From Octopus bimaculoides (taxonomy: Eukaryota), in assembly GCF_001194135.2 (NCBI RefSeq), contig NC_068984.1, forward strand, positions 99,519,333-99,583,332: a stretch of 64,000 nt of DNA. The letters run 5' to 3'. The notes under the pieces were generated by a model. It was not told the origin of the DNA and searched no databases. It worked only from the letters and a program-made list of their open reading frames with translations. A program made the translations under genes and the position numbers. Shown here one piece after another: positions 25,231 to 38,444 of this stretch; within the stretch, counting starts at the first letter, position 1, and each line of letters begins with the position of its first letter.

Positions 25231-26489
25231 ATGGGCAAGTAATATTAGATATTAAAAAAACCTCTATGCAATTGATTAAACTACTAGAATTGTTAGATTG
25301 CAAAACCATGAATATATATTAAGAGGAAGGTAGTTACTCAATAATTTACCTTTGTCAAAGAATTGTTTAGAAGGCTACATTTCAAAATTAGTGGAAGTAT
25401 AGATAGGCAGGGCAGTCTTAACAGCATTTTATAGACCCCCTCCCAAGCAAATCAATACACTGGACCCTATACTTATTGACAACAAGTCACAGCATATATA
25501 AATTAAAATTGGGCCCCAAGACTCATGCTGCCTCTGGTCAACTACCCAATAAGGTAGGCATGAATTATGGTAAATCACTGGTAAAAATTTAAGAAAATTA
25601 TTGATATAAATATAATTAACACTGAAGTAGACAATATGACTTATTAAATAATGAAACAAGCAAATATTGACAACCCTTTTAAAACCAAGTGACGTATGAA
25701 GAAAACAGCACTCTGTATACATTTTAGAGATCCAAATTCAGAGGAAAATAAATTCATTTATACAGATATCAAACTTGACATGTTTAATAAGGATGATTAT
25801 GAATGTACATAATGTTATGTATTTTAGATATTCTATATTTCTCAGATTTATTTTTTAACCGTATTTTCCACCTGTATCTCTTTACATATTTTTTCAATTT
25901 CTATTTCTCTCACTTTATTTTATCTTACTTTGCTGTATTTCCCCTGTAATTCTGACTTTTTATCTAGCAATACATATTTTTTCAAACAAAATATCATATC
26001 TCAATAACATAGTTTTTCAATAATAGCTGACGGTTTTAAATTATTTGTACTACCTTACTCTATTGACTAATTCTTACGTTCACCTATACTAATTTCTATC
26101 ATCACTCACTTCTTACTACATCCCAAATTCAAACACCACATAACATAAGCTTTTAATCACACCAGCTTAGATACTGAGAGCATACATTTGTAATTAGATT
26201 GCACCTAAATTCTTCTAGACCTATATCACTTCCTTTCACATCTCAAATCTAATCTCCACTTAAGAATTGCTTCTCCACACATTCACTTAACTATAGATAA
26301 ACACACAATTTCCATTCCAATCACACTTACCATCCTAATAGATCTTTATCATTCCTTCCATAAATATATTTATACTAAAACAAACTTGTTGGTTACAACC
26401 TGTTACAACCTAGCATCATATACTCACTTCTCACACATAAATCAATTTCTTGATAAAATACTTTCTTACTAACATTATATAAGCATAGA

Positions 26490-27118
26490 TGCAGGTTTGG
26501 CTGTGTGGTTAAGAAGTTTGCTTCACAATCACATGATATTGGGTTTAGTCTCTCTGTGCAGCATCTATAGTCTTCTTCTATAGGTATAGGCTAACAAAAG
26601 CTTTGTGACAATTCATTAGACAGAAACTATGGAAGGTCATTACACTTTTATTTATAGTGTGTGTGTGCGTGCATGCATGTTTGTGTGTATGTGTATATTT
26701 ATATATACACACACATGCACAGTGAAGTTTGGTGACATGAGTATATTCTTTTATTGTTTTAGTTGTTTCAGCCATTAGACTGCAACCAATGCTAGGGCAC
26801 TGCCTTGAAGAGTTTTAATGAAATAGATTGACTTATTTTTTAAAAGCCTGTTACTTATTCTAACAGTCTCTTTTGCCAAACTGCTAATTTTCAGGGATGT
26901 AAACACACCAACACCAGTTGTCAAGCAGTGGTTGGAGACACAAATACACATGCACGCATACATATATACATATATACAGTTACATATACAATGAGCTTCT
27001 TTCAGCTTCTGTCTACCAAATCCAGAAGACACTTGCCCAAGATGCCATGCGGTGGGACTGAATCTTGAACCATGTGGTTGGGAAGCAAGCTTCTTACCAC
27101 ACAGCCACATTTGCACTT
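26490..27118. mobile_element. Convergent SINE B pair: + head fragment 26490-26640 and - near-full copy 26745-27118
   Basis: Both match family B; opposite orientation, about 100 bp apart. Confidence 0.8.
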
Positions 27119-27696
27119 TCTGAGCAGAAGCAATTGAGTGATTGAAGGGCTTGAGAGTGCAGGTGTGGCCTTACACCATGGATCTATCACCACAAGACTT
27201 TGCAAGAAACAATGGTGCATCTCGTTATGAACTCATACACTGCTTGGACTTAACACCTTCTCTCTCTCTTGTAACAGCTTCCAAATTCCTTCTCTCTCAC
27301 AAATTTCATTCTCCTCTCCTTTGCTTTCCTCTTCATTTTCTCTTTCCACTTATCTTCCTCTCATTGACTTACATAACTTATCCCCCCCCCCACTACAAAC
27401 AATATACATATCTACTGCATACACACACACACACACACACACGCATTACCCAGACTCTTGACCCTACATCCCACTACTACAACACCCTACGGTTACTAAT
27501 TGTTCTGCCCTCAAACACACTCACATAAATATACACACACACATGCACTACCATCTCACATACCATTCCCTAATATACAAGCATGCTACTTGCAACCTGA
27601 ACATATACACAGACACATACATACACATACAAAAACATATATACACAATCTGATCTGGCAAAGTTTCTACAGCTGGATGCTCTTCCTAATGCTATA

Positions 27697-27739
<43 letters not shown>

Positions 27740-29574
27740 NNNNNNNNNNNNNNNNNNNNNNNNNNNNNNNNNNNNNNNNNNNNNNNNNNNNNNNNNNNNN
27801 NNNNNNNNNNNNNNNNNNNNNNNNNNNNNNNNNNNNNNNNNNNNNNNNNNNNNNNNNNNNNNNNNNNNNNNNNNNNNNNNNNNNNNNNNNNNNNNNNNNN
27901 NNNNNNNNNNNNNNNNNNNNNNNNNNNNNNNNNNNNNNNNNNNNNNNNNNNNNNNNNNNNNNNNNNNNNNNNNNNNNNNNNNNNNNNNNNNNNNNNNNNN
28001 NNNNNNNNNNNNNNNNNNNNNNNNNNNNNNNNNNNNNNNNNNNNNNNNNNNNNNNNNNNNNNNNNNNNNNNNNNNNNNNNNNNNNNNNNNNNNNNNNNNN
28101 NNNNNNNNNNNNNNNNNNNNNNNNNNNNNNNNNNNNNNNNNNNNNNNNNNNNNNNNNNNNNNNNNNNNNNNNNNNNNNNNNNNNNNNNNNNNNNNNNNNN
28201 NNNNNNNNNNNNNNNNNNNNNNNNNNATATATATATATATATATACAGAGAGAGAGACAGATAGACAGACAGATGTGTGTACATATCTTGCAATTTTGTC
28301 TCTCTCACTATATGACAGTCAATGTTTATTCCTTTCCATCCCATAACTTAGCGATTTGGCAGAAAAAAAACTAATAGAACAAGTAGCAGACTGAAAATAG
28401 ATATAAACCCATGCAGCTGCTCAGTTTGGGTGAAATCCAATGACTGAAACATGGAAAAAAAATTGAAGAACACATGTGTGCACATGTCTTTCTGTCTATG
28501 CTTGTTTCTCACCTCTTTCACAACCAGTATTGGTTTGTTTATACACCTGTAACTTAGCAGTTCAGCAAAAAGTAACCAGCAGAATAAGTAGCAGACTTAA
28601 AAACAAATACTAGGAACTATTTTATAGAACAAACCTTCCAAGATGGTTGTCCTAGTGTTGCTGCTGTTTAATGACTGAAAGCTGTAAAAGACTATTTCTA
28701 AAACAACAATTTTGGTCTACAACGTATTTTACTTCCACACTTCCCACATCAATTCCTCTAATACACCCACATTAATATTATATTCTTTCTTCCTAAATTA
28801 ATAACATCTTATAACCTAGTAGTAATATAAAACCTTCTACTTTATCAATTACTACTTTGGTCAACTATTATTAGCTTATTTTATATGATTCATCTTGTTT
28901 TATATGATTTTGTATGATTCTTCACACAAATTTTTATTATCTTTACAAGATTTTTTTTATAATTAATTTCCTTTGTTATTTTATATTGTTTCGTTACCAT
29001 AACTTAAAATTCATTATCGAACTTTTATTGGGTGTTCCTTGTTCACTTAATATCATCTATTTCAAATTAATAACATCTTATAACCTTACAGTAACATAGA
29101 ACCCTCTGCATCATCAATTACTACCTCAGTTAACTGTCTTTAACTTACAATATATGATTCAAACACACATCGTATATATGTGTGTGTATTCTCTTCTGTT
29201 TTTAATTATTTAAATTCTTCCTCTGAGGAAGGAGCTGGTTTCTGACAAATAAACCAGGAATGTAGATATCAAAAATAATGTCACATTTTCAGTTTGAGAA
29301 AAGCCTTGCATATTTTTACTGTTCCTCTTACAGATTGTATTTGTAACGTGCATGTTTGCTGGTTAATTTCTTTTTTTAAAAACCCCAGCTTTTCCATATT
29401 GTCACTAAGGCATTTACTCACAAAACCAAATGTTTGGAAAGTCTTTCTTTGGTATGCTGAGCATTTCATATCTAAGTCTTCTTTAAGGCATAATCAGGCA
29501 AACTACAAGGAATCTTGTGTAGCTCTGTGTCAGCAAGACTTGAAAAAATATAGAAAAGAGTGAAAGAGGTATAG

Positions 29575-30590
29575 TGAACTTGCTATGAGGAGTGGAACAT
29601 CCAACGTTTCGGGTGCAATCCTTCTTCAGGGGTAGAGAAAAAGAGAAATTGAAGAAGACAAGCAGAGTTTACATCCTTTCAGCTTAAAAAAGTGGCTGCA
29701 ACTGATAATGGATGCAGAATAACATGGGCTACTAATGTGAAACATAAATTATAGGTGTGCAGAAAGGAGGAGGAAAAGGGTGATGAAGAGAAGAGAGGTA
29801 AGTAAATACGGGAATGTTGCAGAGAGAGGGTGGAATGAGGATTAAAAAGGGTAAAAAAAGAATTAAGAGGAAGTGAAAGGATGAAAGGAAAAATGTACAT
29901 TCATACCTGTTGGAGACATAGTGCCAAGATCAAATATGAGACGTTGCTCCTTTCATTTCCTAGAAAAGTGGGGTCTGTGGTGCAAGGCCATGCCACACAC
30001 TGATAAATCTGCAATAGAATGATTCACAGTATTGAAGTGATTGATCACAAGTTGGCCTGGCATGTGTAGCATTATGCTTCTGATGTGTTTGCAAAAGCAA
30101 TTCCCAAGGCATTGTCCTGTTTCCCCAATATAAAGAGCAGCGCAGAGTTTGCATATAATGCAATATATGAGATTCGCTGAAGTGCAACAGAAGTGGTGTG
30201 TTATGTGATACTGTTTTTGGGCCCCGTGATGGTGGTGATATTGTTGTTGTAGGGGCATGTGTTACTTCATCTGCAAGAACATTTAAAGGTTCCTGGTTGT
30301 GCACAGCTGGGAGCTGTGAAACTTCTAACAAGGAGATTTCTAAGACTCCTATCTTTTTTAAAAGAGAGGAGAGACGGTGTGGGAAAGATAGAGGTGGTTG
30401 TTGGGTCAGAAAGAAGAATGCAAAAGTTGTGGGTGAGTTTGTATTTTAGAGAGAGGATGGATGGGTGGAAGGTGAGAGAATGTGGAATACAGTTGGTGGG
30501 AGTGCATGAAAATGGTAGGAGAGCAGTGGTGCAGTTAGTCTTGTTGTTTTGTAGTTGTATGGAAGGTTGTTCAGAAGAAAGTGCTTCCTG
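29575..30590 (-). mobile_element. Penelope-like element 3' fragment (linker, GIY-YIG endonuclease, terminal region)
   Basis: ANLIYCIICKLCAALYIGETGQCL..HIRSI..HFN (29953-30258); linker LTAPLLSYH..LPP; terminal CTGAAGAAGG..CCCGAAACGT motif. Confidence 0.85.
29598..29634 (-). ncRNA. Minimal type I hammerhead ribozyme motif at the Penelope terminus (weak stems)
   Basis: TACCC-CTGAAGA-A-GG ATTGCA CCC-GAAA-C GT T-GGATG: intact core boxes, palindromic ACGU stem III, GUU triplet, mismatches in stems I and II. Confidence 0.6.
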
Positions 30591-31443
30591 AGGTGCTCAC
30601 TGTTGACATGTAAGACATTGTTCTCTTTGCTTTTCAGTAATAGGTCTATGTATTTGTTTCTGCTGCTATTGCTTAGGAAGTACTGTCTGAGTGATACCAT
30701 ACAACATTTATAGGATATTTACTCTGATCTCAAGCTTCTACCTTCATTATCTCTTCTTAGGTGGAGCCTATCAATATCATTGTTTCTGTAAAAGTTTCTA
30801 GTTGATGTCATGATCTTGCAGGTTTTAATGTCTAAGGAGAGTATTTCCTCTGCAGACCCATCATGTATTTCAAATGTTGGAATCAGCACTGGTACTGTAA
30901 TTGCATTGTAGGATCTTGACTTGTTGTTAGAGGAGAGTTCTGACTGCCATATGTTTTAAGGTCTGGTGTAATATTCTTAGGTCACTCTATCTTTATTCAC
31001 AGTACCATTGTATATGCTACCATCATTTCCTAGATTTTTGTAGCATTCTTTGTGTGCAACAAGAGAGATAGAGTGACCATTGATGCAAAGGGTTTTGGGG
31101 CTAATTTTCCATATTCGACAATCAAATACAAACACTTCTTTTGACCTTATCTCATTTCTATGTTAGCTGAAAATGTTGTTACTAAATCCAACTGGTTTTT
31201 TGTTTTTTTTTAACATTCTTTCATTTTAAGCATAGATCTTCTAGTCGTCCACAAAGAAATTGTGGGTTTCATTCTTATCTCAAGCAGTTGCAAACCCTAG
31301 CTCATTCAATTTTATAGTAGAAATGATAATGGATTTAATGCCAAACAGAATTACAGAAAGACTATCTCCTTGGAATAATCCTTTGAAATATTTATAACAC
31401 CAGAAGCAATTATTCTGCTTTCATATGTATGCATTGCATTGCA

Positions 31444-31497
<54 letters not shown>

Positions 31498-31501
<4 letters not shown>

Positions 31502-31860
31502 AACTTAGCAAAGACCAGTGTTCTAGTAAGCAAGTAAACAGTCAGAACCCTATCCACTGCAGGTAAATGGCCCTGCTTGACATGTAGGAAGGGTGTAGGT
31601 AGGAATTCCATATGTTGTACCCAGTGCAAGCTATGAACAGATAAGAGGTACAGTGTAATCCCAAAGCTTAACAGAGAAAGTAGTGTTTGTATGTGGAAGA
31701 TGCACAGGAATCATAAAGACTAATGATACAAGGGAAATTGATTTTCTCAAATACACTGGAGGCTCTCTAGAGGTAGTGGATAATTTCTGTGACTTAGGTG
31801 ACTTAATTAGCAGTGTAGGAGGAAAATCAAAGAGCTATTAACTATGTTGGCAACATGATG

Positions 31861-31916
<56 letters not shown>

Positions 31917-31945
31917 NNNNNNNNNNNNNNNNNNNNNNNNNNNNN

Positions 31946-32005
<60 letters not shown>

Positions 32006-32420
32006 AAAAGGCAGATTCTTTGATGTTCGTGTACACACAGTAATGCTACATGGTAGTAAGATGTAGGTCCTGAATGCAGAGGACATGTGAAGACTAGAGA
32101 GGAATGAATCTTGTATGCTTCATTAAATGTGCAATGTCAGAATGTACATTCAACAAAGTGCTGATGTACAGAGAGAAAAATTAGGCATAAGAGGAATCAG
32201 ATGTCATGTGCATGAAGGTCTCGTGATGCATATGGATGAGGACAGCTGCATAAAAAAGTGCTGATCACTTTGAGTGGATGGAACTTCCAGAAGAGGGAGA
32301 CCCAGGTAAACATGATGAATTTGTGAAGGCTGACCTGAAGATGCTGAACCATGGAGGAGGTGAGACGGGATTGAGACTTCTGGCAATTTGCTATCCTCAA
32401 GAAAAACTATGTAGAGCAGA
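31498..32420 (+). mobile_element. RTE LINE RT C-terminal fragment, flanked and interrupted by (CT)n
   Basis: VNLAKTSVLVS..GKWPCLTCRKGVGRNSICCTQCKL and later segments matching the reverse complement of 34780-35545. Confidence 0.85.
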
Positions 32421-32437
32421 AATTCTCTCTCTCTCTT

Positions 32438-32504
<67 letters not shown>

Positions 32505-32952
32505 TTCTCTCTCTCTCTCATTTCTCATCCCCTACACCCTTCACTTCTCTGTCTATGATATATTCAACCATTGTATTCACACATGAGAGCAGAATAGGCA
32601 CATATTACATCCCGCATTCCTTGGAACTACTTCAATTTCTCATTATCATCTCTGCTGGCACTACTTCTGCCAATCTCCATCTTTGCTATCTTCAGCCATT
32701 GCCCTTCCCTACCTTATTCCATTCTTACCTCAATGCCCTCTCACATTTATCACCACACCCCACTTGCCATTACCCCCCCCCCATGAGCCACTCCTATATC
32801 TCTCATGCTCACCCACACTATATATCTCTACCCCAATCTTTCATTCCTTATCCTTTCACCACAATCCACTCTATTTTGAGATGCGTCAGCATTCCACCAC
32901 CAGTTCTGTCTTCTTCCCAGTTTCCCAACTACCAACCCTTTACTTTCAATTC

Positions 32953-33327
32953 TTCTTTTCTTTTACTTGTTTCAGTCATTTGACTGCAGCCATGCTGGAG
33001 CACCACCTTTAGTCGAACAAATCAACCCCAGGACTTATTCTTTGTAAGCCTAGTACTTATTCCATCGGCCTCATTTGCTGAACTGCTAAGTTACAGGGAC
33101 GTAAACACACCAGCATCGGTTGTCAAGCGATGGTGGAGGGACAAACACAGACACACAAACATATACTCACACATACACATACACATATCCATCTACCAAA
33201 TCCACTCACAAGGCTTTGGTCAGCCCGAGGCTATAGTAGAAGACACTTGCCCAAAGTGTCACACAGTGGGACTGAACCCGGAACCATGTGGCTGGGAAGC
33301 AAGCTACTTACCATACAGGCACTCCTG
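32953..33327 (-). mobile_element. SINE family B, full length
   Basis: Close reverse-complement match to the 51602 copy. Confidence 0.9.
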
Positions 33328-33504
33328 GCATGTTCTTCCATCATACACTCGCCTCTCAAAACTTAGCATAGCGCCATTGCCCACTTTTCCTCTCAAATAC
33401 TAACCGTCTCCCCATATAGTTAAGGAGGATTTTTCTGTCATTTCCTTTTCCTCCATTTTATTTTCTCTTTCTTGTTCCTTTCTTCGCTTGCCTTGCAAGT
33501 CACT

Positions 33505-33712
33505 TAGCATTCTTACTAGGGCCAGTGGCACAAGAAAGCACCCAGTATACTCTATAAAGTGGTTCATATTAGGAAGGGCATCCACCCATAGAAACCATGT
33601 CTAACCTGATAGTGGATCTCTGCACTGCCTTACAGCTCACGGGATCCTGTCAAATCATTCAACCCATGCCAGCATTTAAAATAGGTGTTAATTGGTGAAG
33701 ATGATGATGATG
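33505..33712 (+). mobile_element. RTE 3' tail fragment
   Basis: GGCACAAGAAAGCACC..AGGAAGGGCATCC..AACCCATGCCAGCAT..GATGATGATG. Confidence 0.7.
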
Positions 33713-34040
33713 GTATGTGCACACACACTTATACTCACTCACAATGGTTGTGTGTCTATACGTGTGTACATATAACATATATATTCATTTGCTCATTTGT
33801 TTTACCACTCTAGTATGTTGTAGACAAATACATAGCATTGAAGGATATACCCTTCCTATCATTTACACTTTCCTGCACTTCAAGTCTTTGAAAGTGCGAA
33901 ACTACTGAATGATTTATTGACAGAGAAATATCAACAATGTCAATGCCTATAGTTCAGTGATTTTTCACAATATTGCTGAATGTAAACTTTCAAACACACA
34001 CATGCACACACACACTCACACAAACCATGCACACAGCCAT

Positions 34041-34099
<59 letters not shown>

Positions 34100-34229
34100 T
34101 GACTTTATGGAGGTTTTGCTTTTCCAAATATATTTGCAAGGCATTGGTTGACCCTGAGTCACACTAGAATGTACTTGCCCATGGTGCCGCACAATAAGAC
34201 TGGCCCACCAAGTCATAGTATTCTGAAGT

Positions 34230-35873
34230 AAAATCATCATCATTGTCATTTAACGTCTGCTTTCCATGCTGGCATGGGTTGGACAGTTTGACTGAGGGCT
34301 GGCAAGCCAGATGGCTGCTCCAGGCTCCAATCTGATCTGGCAAAGTTTCTACTGCTGGATGCCCTTTCTAGTGCCAACAACTTTGAGTGTGCAGTGCGTG
34401 CTTTTTACATGCCACCAGCACAAGGGCCAGTCAGGTGGTACTGGCATCAACCATGCTTGAATGGTGCTTTTCACGTGCCACCAACACAAGAGCCAGTCAG
34501 GCCGCACTGGCATCAACCACGCTCAAATGGTGCTTTGTACATGCCACCAGCACAGGTACCAATCAGGTGGTACTGTCATCAGCCATGACAATGACTTGAC
34601 TCAACATGTCTTTGCAAGTGCAGTTTATTGCCCAATGATTGAGGGTACTCTTAAATTGGTCAGTTATGCTGGGCTGGCATAGGCCACGGTTACAATCTCA
34701 CAAGGCTTGCTAGGTCTTCTCAAGCACAGAATATCTCCAAAGGTCTTGGTCACTCGTTATCGCCCAACGTTTGAAGGTCGTGCTTTGCCACCTCATCCCA
34801 AGTCTTCCTGGGTCTACCTCTTCCACAGGTTCCCTCTACTGCTAGGGTGTGACATGTTTTCACACCTCATCTATATGCAACAAATGACCATACCAGTGCG
34901 GTCGTCTCTCTTGCACACCATATCTGATGCTTCTTATGTTCAAATTTTCTCTCAGGGCACTTACACTTTGTCGTGTATGCACACTGACATTACACATCCA
35001 GCAGAGCAAACTAGCTTCATTCCTTGCAAGCTTACACATGTCCTCAGCTATCACAGCCCATGTTTCACTGCCATGTACCATGGCTGTTTGCATACATACA
35101 TCATACAGTCTACCTTTTACTCTGAACGAGAGACTCTTTGTCACCAGCAGAGGTAGGAGCTCTCTGAACTTTGCCCAGGCTATTCGTATTCTAGCAGCTA
35201 CACTTTCAGCACACCCTCCCCAGCTACTGACTTGGTTACCTAGGTAACGGAAGCTATCAACTACTTGTAACTTTTCCCCCTGGCATGAGAGGGAAGCTGT
35301 TTTCTGCACATTTACAGTATTTATTGCCCCTGAGCATTTTCCACATACAAAAACTATCTTCTCAGTTAGCCTTCTTTTAATATTGCTATGCCTCTTATGT
35401 GTCTATAGCTTACACTGGGTACATCTTATAGTGTATCTACCTATGCCTTTTCTACCGATCAACCAGGGCCATCTACCTGAAGGGATTTGTGATTTGTCTG
35501 CCTTCCTACTTATTAAGACTTTGGTTTTTGCTAGATTGACTCTAAGGCCCTTTGATTCTAATCCTTGCTTCCATGCCTGAAACTTCTTCTCTAGTTCTGA
35601 TAGTGACTCAGCTATTAGAACAAGGTCATCAGCATAGAGAAGCTCCCAGGGGCATCCTGTCTTGAATTCCTCTGTTATTGTTGGGAGGATTATGATGAAT
35701 AAGAGGGGGCTGAGGACTGATCCTTGGTGAACCCCTACCCGGAATTCTTCACTATACTCATTGCCAGCCCTGACCTTACTGACAGCATCCCTGTACATGG
35801 CTTGTAAAGCTCTTACTAACCACTCATCTATTCTTAGTTTCCGCATTGACCACCAGATAAGGGATCAGGGAAT
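34230..35873 (-). mobile_element. 5'-truncated RTE LINE with RT, tandem-repeat 3' UTR and (GAT)n tail
   Basis: GVHQGSVLSPLLF, ELLYADDLVLIAES, VDSFRYLG, AWAKFRELLPLL; frameshifted; 3 x ~64-bp units at 34390-34600. Confidence 0.95.
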
Positions 35874-36549
35874 ATATATATATGTATATATATATGTATA
35901 TTTGTATTATAGATAAAAATTAGAGTACAAAATGTACCTTTTATGCTAGAAAGAAGAGTCAACTCTCCAAAGACACATATTTCACTGTAAGTAAACATGC
36001 ACAGTTAATGTAGTGAACATAATAAAAATAGTCTTTACCTTTGCAAAACTACAAAGTACAGACATCGCACTATCAATTGATTTCACCTTTAGTACTAACC
36101 AGCACTTAGGATCATCAGCTGAGCTTACTACATACAACTATTTTTCAAAATATATTTACTACACTACACATGTCTGTTTATCTGAATGTTCCCACGACAT
36201 TCAAAAATGAACAATAGTAAGTTGAAAATTTAAATATCATTATTATTAAAAGCAATAATAACAATAAAGTGGCCAGCAAGCTTAACCAAAGTGGCTGTTT
36301 ATATTAATTTATATATATGTGTATATGTGTGTGTGTATATATATATATGTATATATATTGTCAATAAAACATATCAGAAAAAGATGCATACTCTAAAGAA
36401 AAGAGCAGTAAGTATTAAAGCACTAAAGTTAAAGTTTGGTCATAGAGTGACCAATGGTTTCATATCCATGAAAGCAACAACCTTGTAGACAAATCATCAG
36501 ACTCTGTTAGCCATTTGAAACTTTTTTGTTTTAGTATTTTTGTGCCTCT

Positions 36550-36805
36550 GTAAGGTGAAAAGTTAAGCCACCTGTTGTTCTGGGTCTTGCATAGCTGGTC
36601 CTGACAAAAGTTCTTTTCATCTGAAAGGAACCAAATCATCCCCAACTCTAGAGGATGCCTTATTTTATTCAGGACCTTCTTTGTCAAGTGGTTCTTCTAG
36701 GCGAAGACCAAGAAGAACCGCTTGAGGTAGGTGAAGAAGCTTTTGGACAAGGCAAAGCTGGGAATGATTTGGTTCATCTCAGATGAAAAGAACTTTCATC
36801 GCCTC
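36550..36805. mobile_element. Two back-to-back Tc1/mariner-superfamily transposase fragments (maT/DD37D-like, subfamily uncertain)
   Basis: Minus GMIWFLSDEKNFCQDQLCKTQNNRW; plus GMIWFISDEKNF. Confidence 0.7.
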
Positions 36806-37605
36806 ATTCTGCAGTTGTTGGATAAATTTCAGCATGTAGACAGTCAGAATGCCTGCTGTGTCCCTTCCTGTTGGCCATGGCTTCTTAGTTTCCATTACAG
36901 CTGTCCATGTCCTGTATTACAGCCTTTACAGTGCTCATAGAGCATTGGACAGCAGTCATGATGTCCGTATTTTGTCACCTGATGTGAATCATCATGATAC
37001 AAGCAACTTTTTTTTTTAATATTCAGATGGCTTCCAGTTCTCCATGTCAGCTAACTTATTTATGACTACCACTTTAATTATTATGCTCTCTCAGCCCATT
37101 AACTGTTCACCACTACATCAAGCTGTTCCTCAAAAAAGGTGATATATAAGATATCGTCAGGTTTAGCCCAAACATCTTGTATAACACACATACACACACA
37201 CACACACACAAATGTATATACTCGCACAAAAATAGTCTACCAATACACACATACCTATGTATGTATGTACTTATATAATGGCTGTCTCATATATTTTAAT
37301 TTTTCCTAGTGTTTAACAATATTATTTATGTATGTTCTCCAATGATCATAAATATACTTGATTTTGTTTCTTTTTGAAGTTTTATGATAATTTTCAATCA
37401 ATAAGAATTATTTGACTTCTTGTTACAAAATCTTCAAAATCAAAGGTAGTGATGGGAATGTAAATTTAGTGAATATGTGATTATGTATGTCAATTTTAGT
37501 ATGAGTGTTGGCAAGGTTAAATGTGCAAGGAGTTTGCTTCTGTCAAAAGGTTCTATATTTTATGTAAAATCTTGGGCAAACTTTTCTTCTATACTGTCTG
37601 TGTAA

Positions 37606-37825
37606 TCTTTTAGCATTCACACTATTCTGTCAAATGTAAGGCTTATTTATTCTCATTGTTTTTAATTAATCAGCTTTATCTTGTAGTTTTGAGATTTTGA
37701 TGAGGTAGCTGTTAAATTTTAGAATGGTATTGTAGGATTGGTGATAGAGGATTACATCTGGCCAGTCTGAACATAAAACAGCTAGAATATTTGGGCCAGA
37801 TATGGCCGGATTAAATACTAAAGGA
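37606..37825 (-). mobile_element. TTAA/CCCT MITE, uninterrupted copy
   Basis: Reverse complement of 20657-21213 without the SINE; single copy of the 13-bp target sequence. Confidence 0.8.
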
Positions 37826-38444
37826 TTAAGTTAATATTCTGAGTGAAATTGTGTTGATGGAAACAATGTTCCCTCTGATGTGTTGCTGTGGGTGTATACA
37901 GAAATTTGTTTGTGTCTAAATTTTATAGTATGTGAGCATCTATATGAGTACTTATTACTCAAATTTCCTCAATTAAGACAAAGTTAATTTTATCTCAGAA
38001 ACCTTATATGTGTGCACACATTTTTTTTCTTCTTTTCGAAGTTGTAAAATGTGTGTGCCCACTCAAGTGCACAATATAGATGGAACACTGGACTGAGACT
38101 ATGTGAAAGTTCCCTGAAGACACTTTTCCTGAAATTGCAAGTGGCAATTTCATCAGATACATGATGTCATGCTGATCTGTTTGAGGATTAGGTAAAGGTT
38201 AAGGATTTTATCTCTGAAATACTTAACCATTTACACTATCATACATGAGAAAGTGTGCTTGTCATTCTAAGAGCAAGTTGTGTTACATATATAATATATA
38301 TATAATGTCATGTTGAGTATGCCTGAGATTTACATTTATGGCACAGTGGAATACTCACTTACCTCTACTGTAATGCAATAAGCAGCTACAATAGGCAAAT
38401 TGATTGAATGTCTGAGTGAACACACATTGTCATATAGTCTTCAA

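Larger units (their letters stand above)
29160..31200 (-). mobile_element. RLE-type LINE, second family (RT thumb ~30590-31200, C-terminus and 3' UTR ~29160-29570), apparently interrupted by a Penelope element
   Basis: Minus translation ...NAITVPVLIPTF..DIKTCKIMT..NDIDRLHL.. and C-terminus QIQSVRGTVKICKAFL, same family as 60030-60870. Confidence 0.7.

Noticed and set aside
8102-28374. Long ORF-track entries containing X runs (8102-8749, 11253-12304, 27667-28374)
   Set aside because: They read through N gaps and dinucleotide repeats; artefacts
28795-29135. ~70-bp direct repeat (28795 and 29064)
   Set aside because: AT-rich local duplication with no TIR, TSD or coding link; no evidence of function
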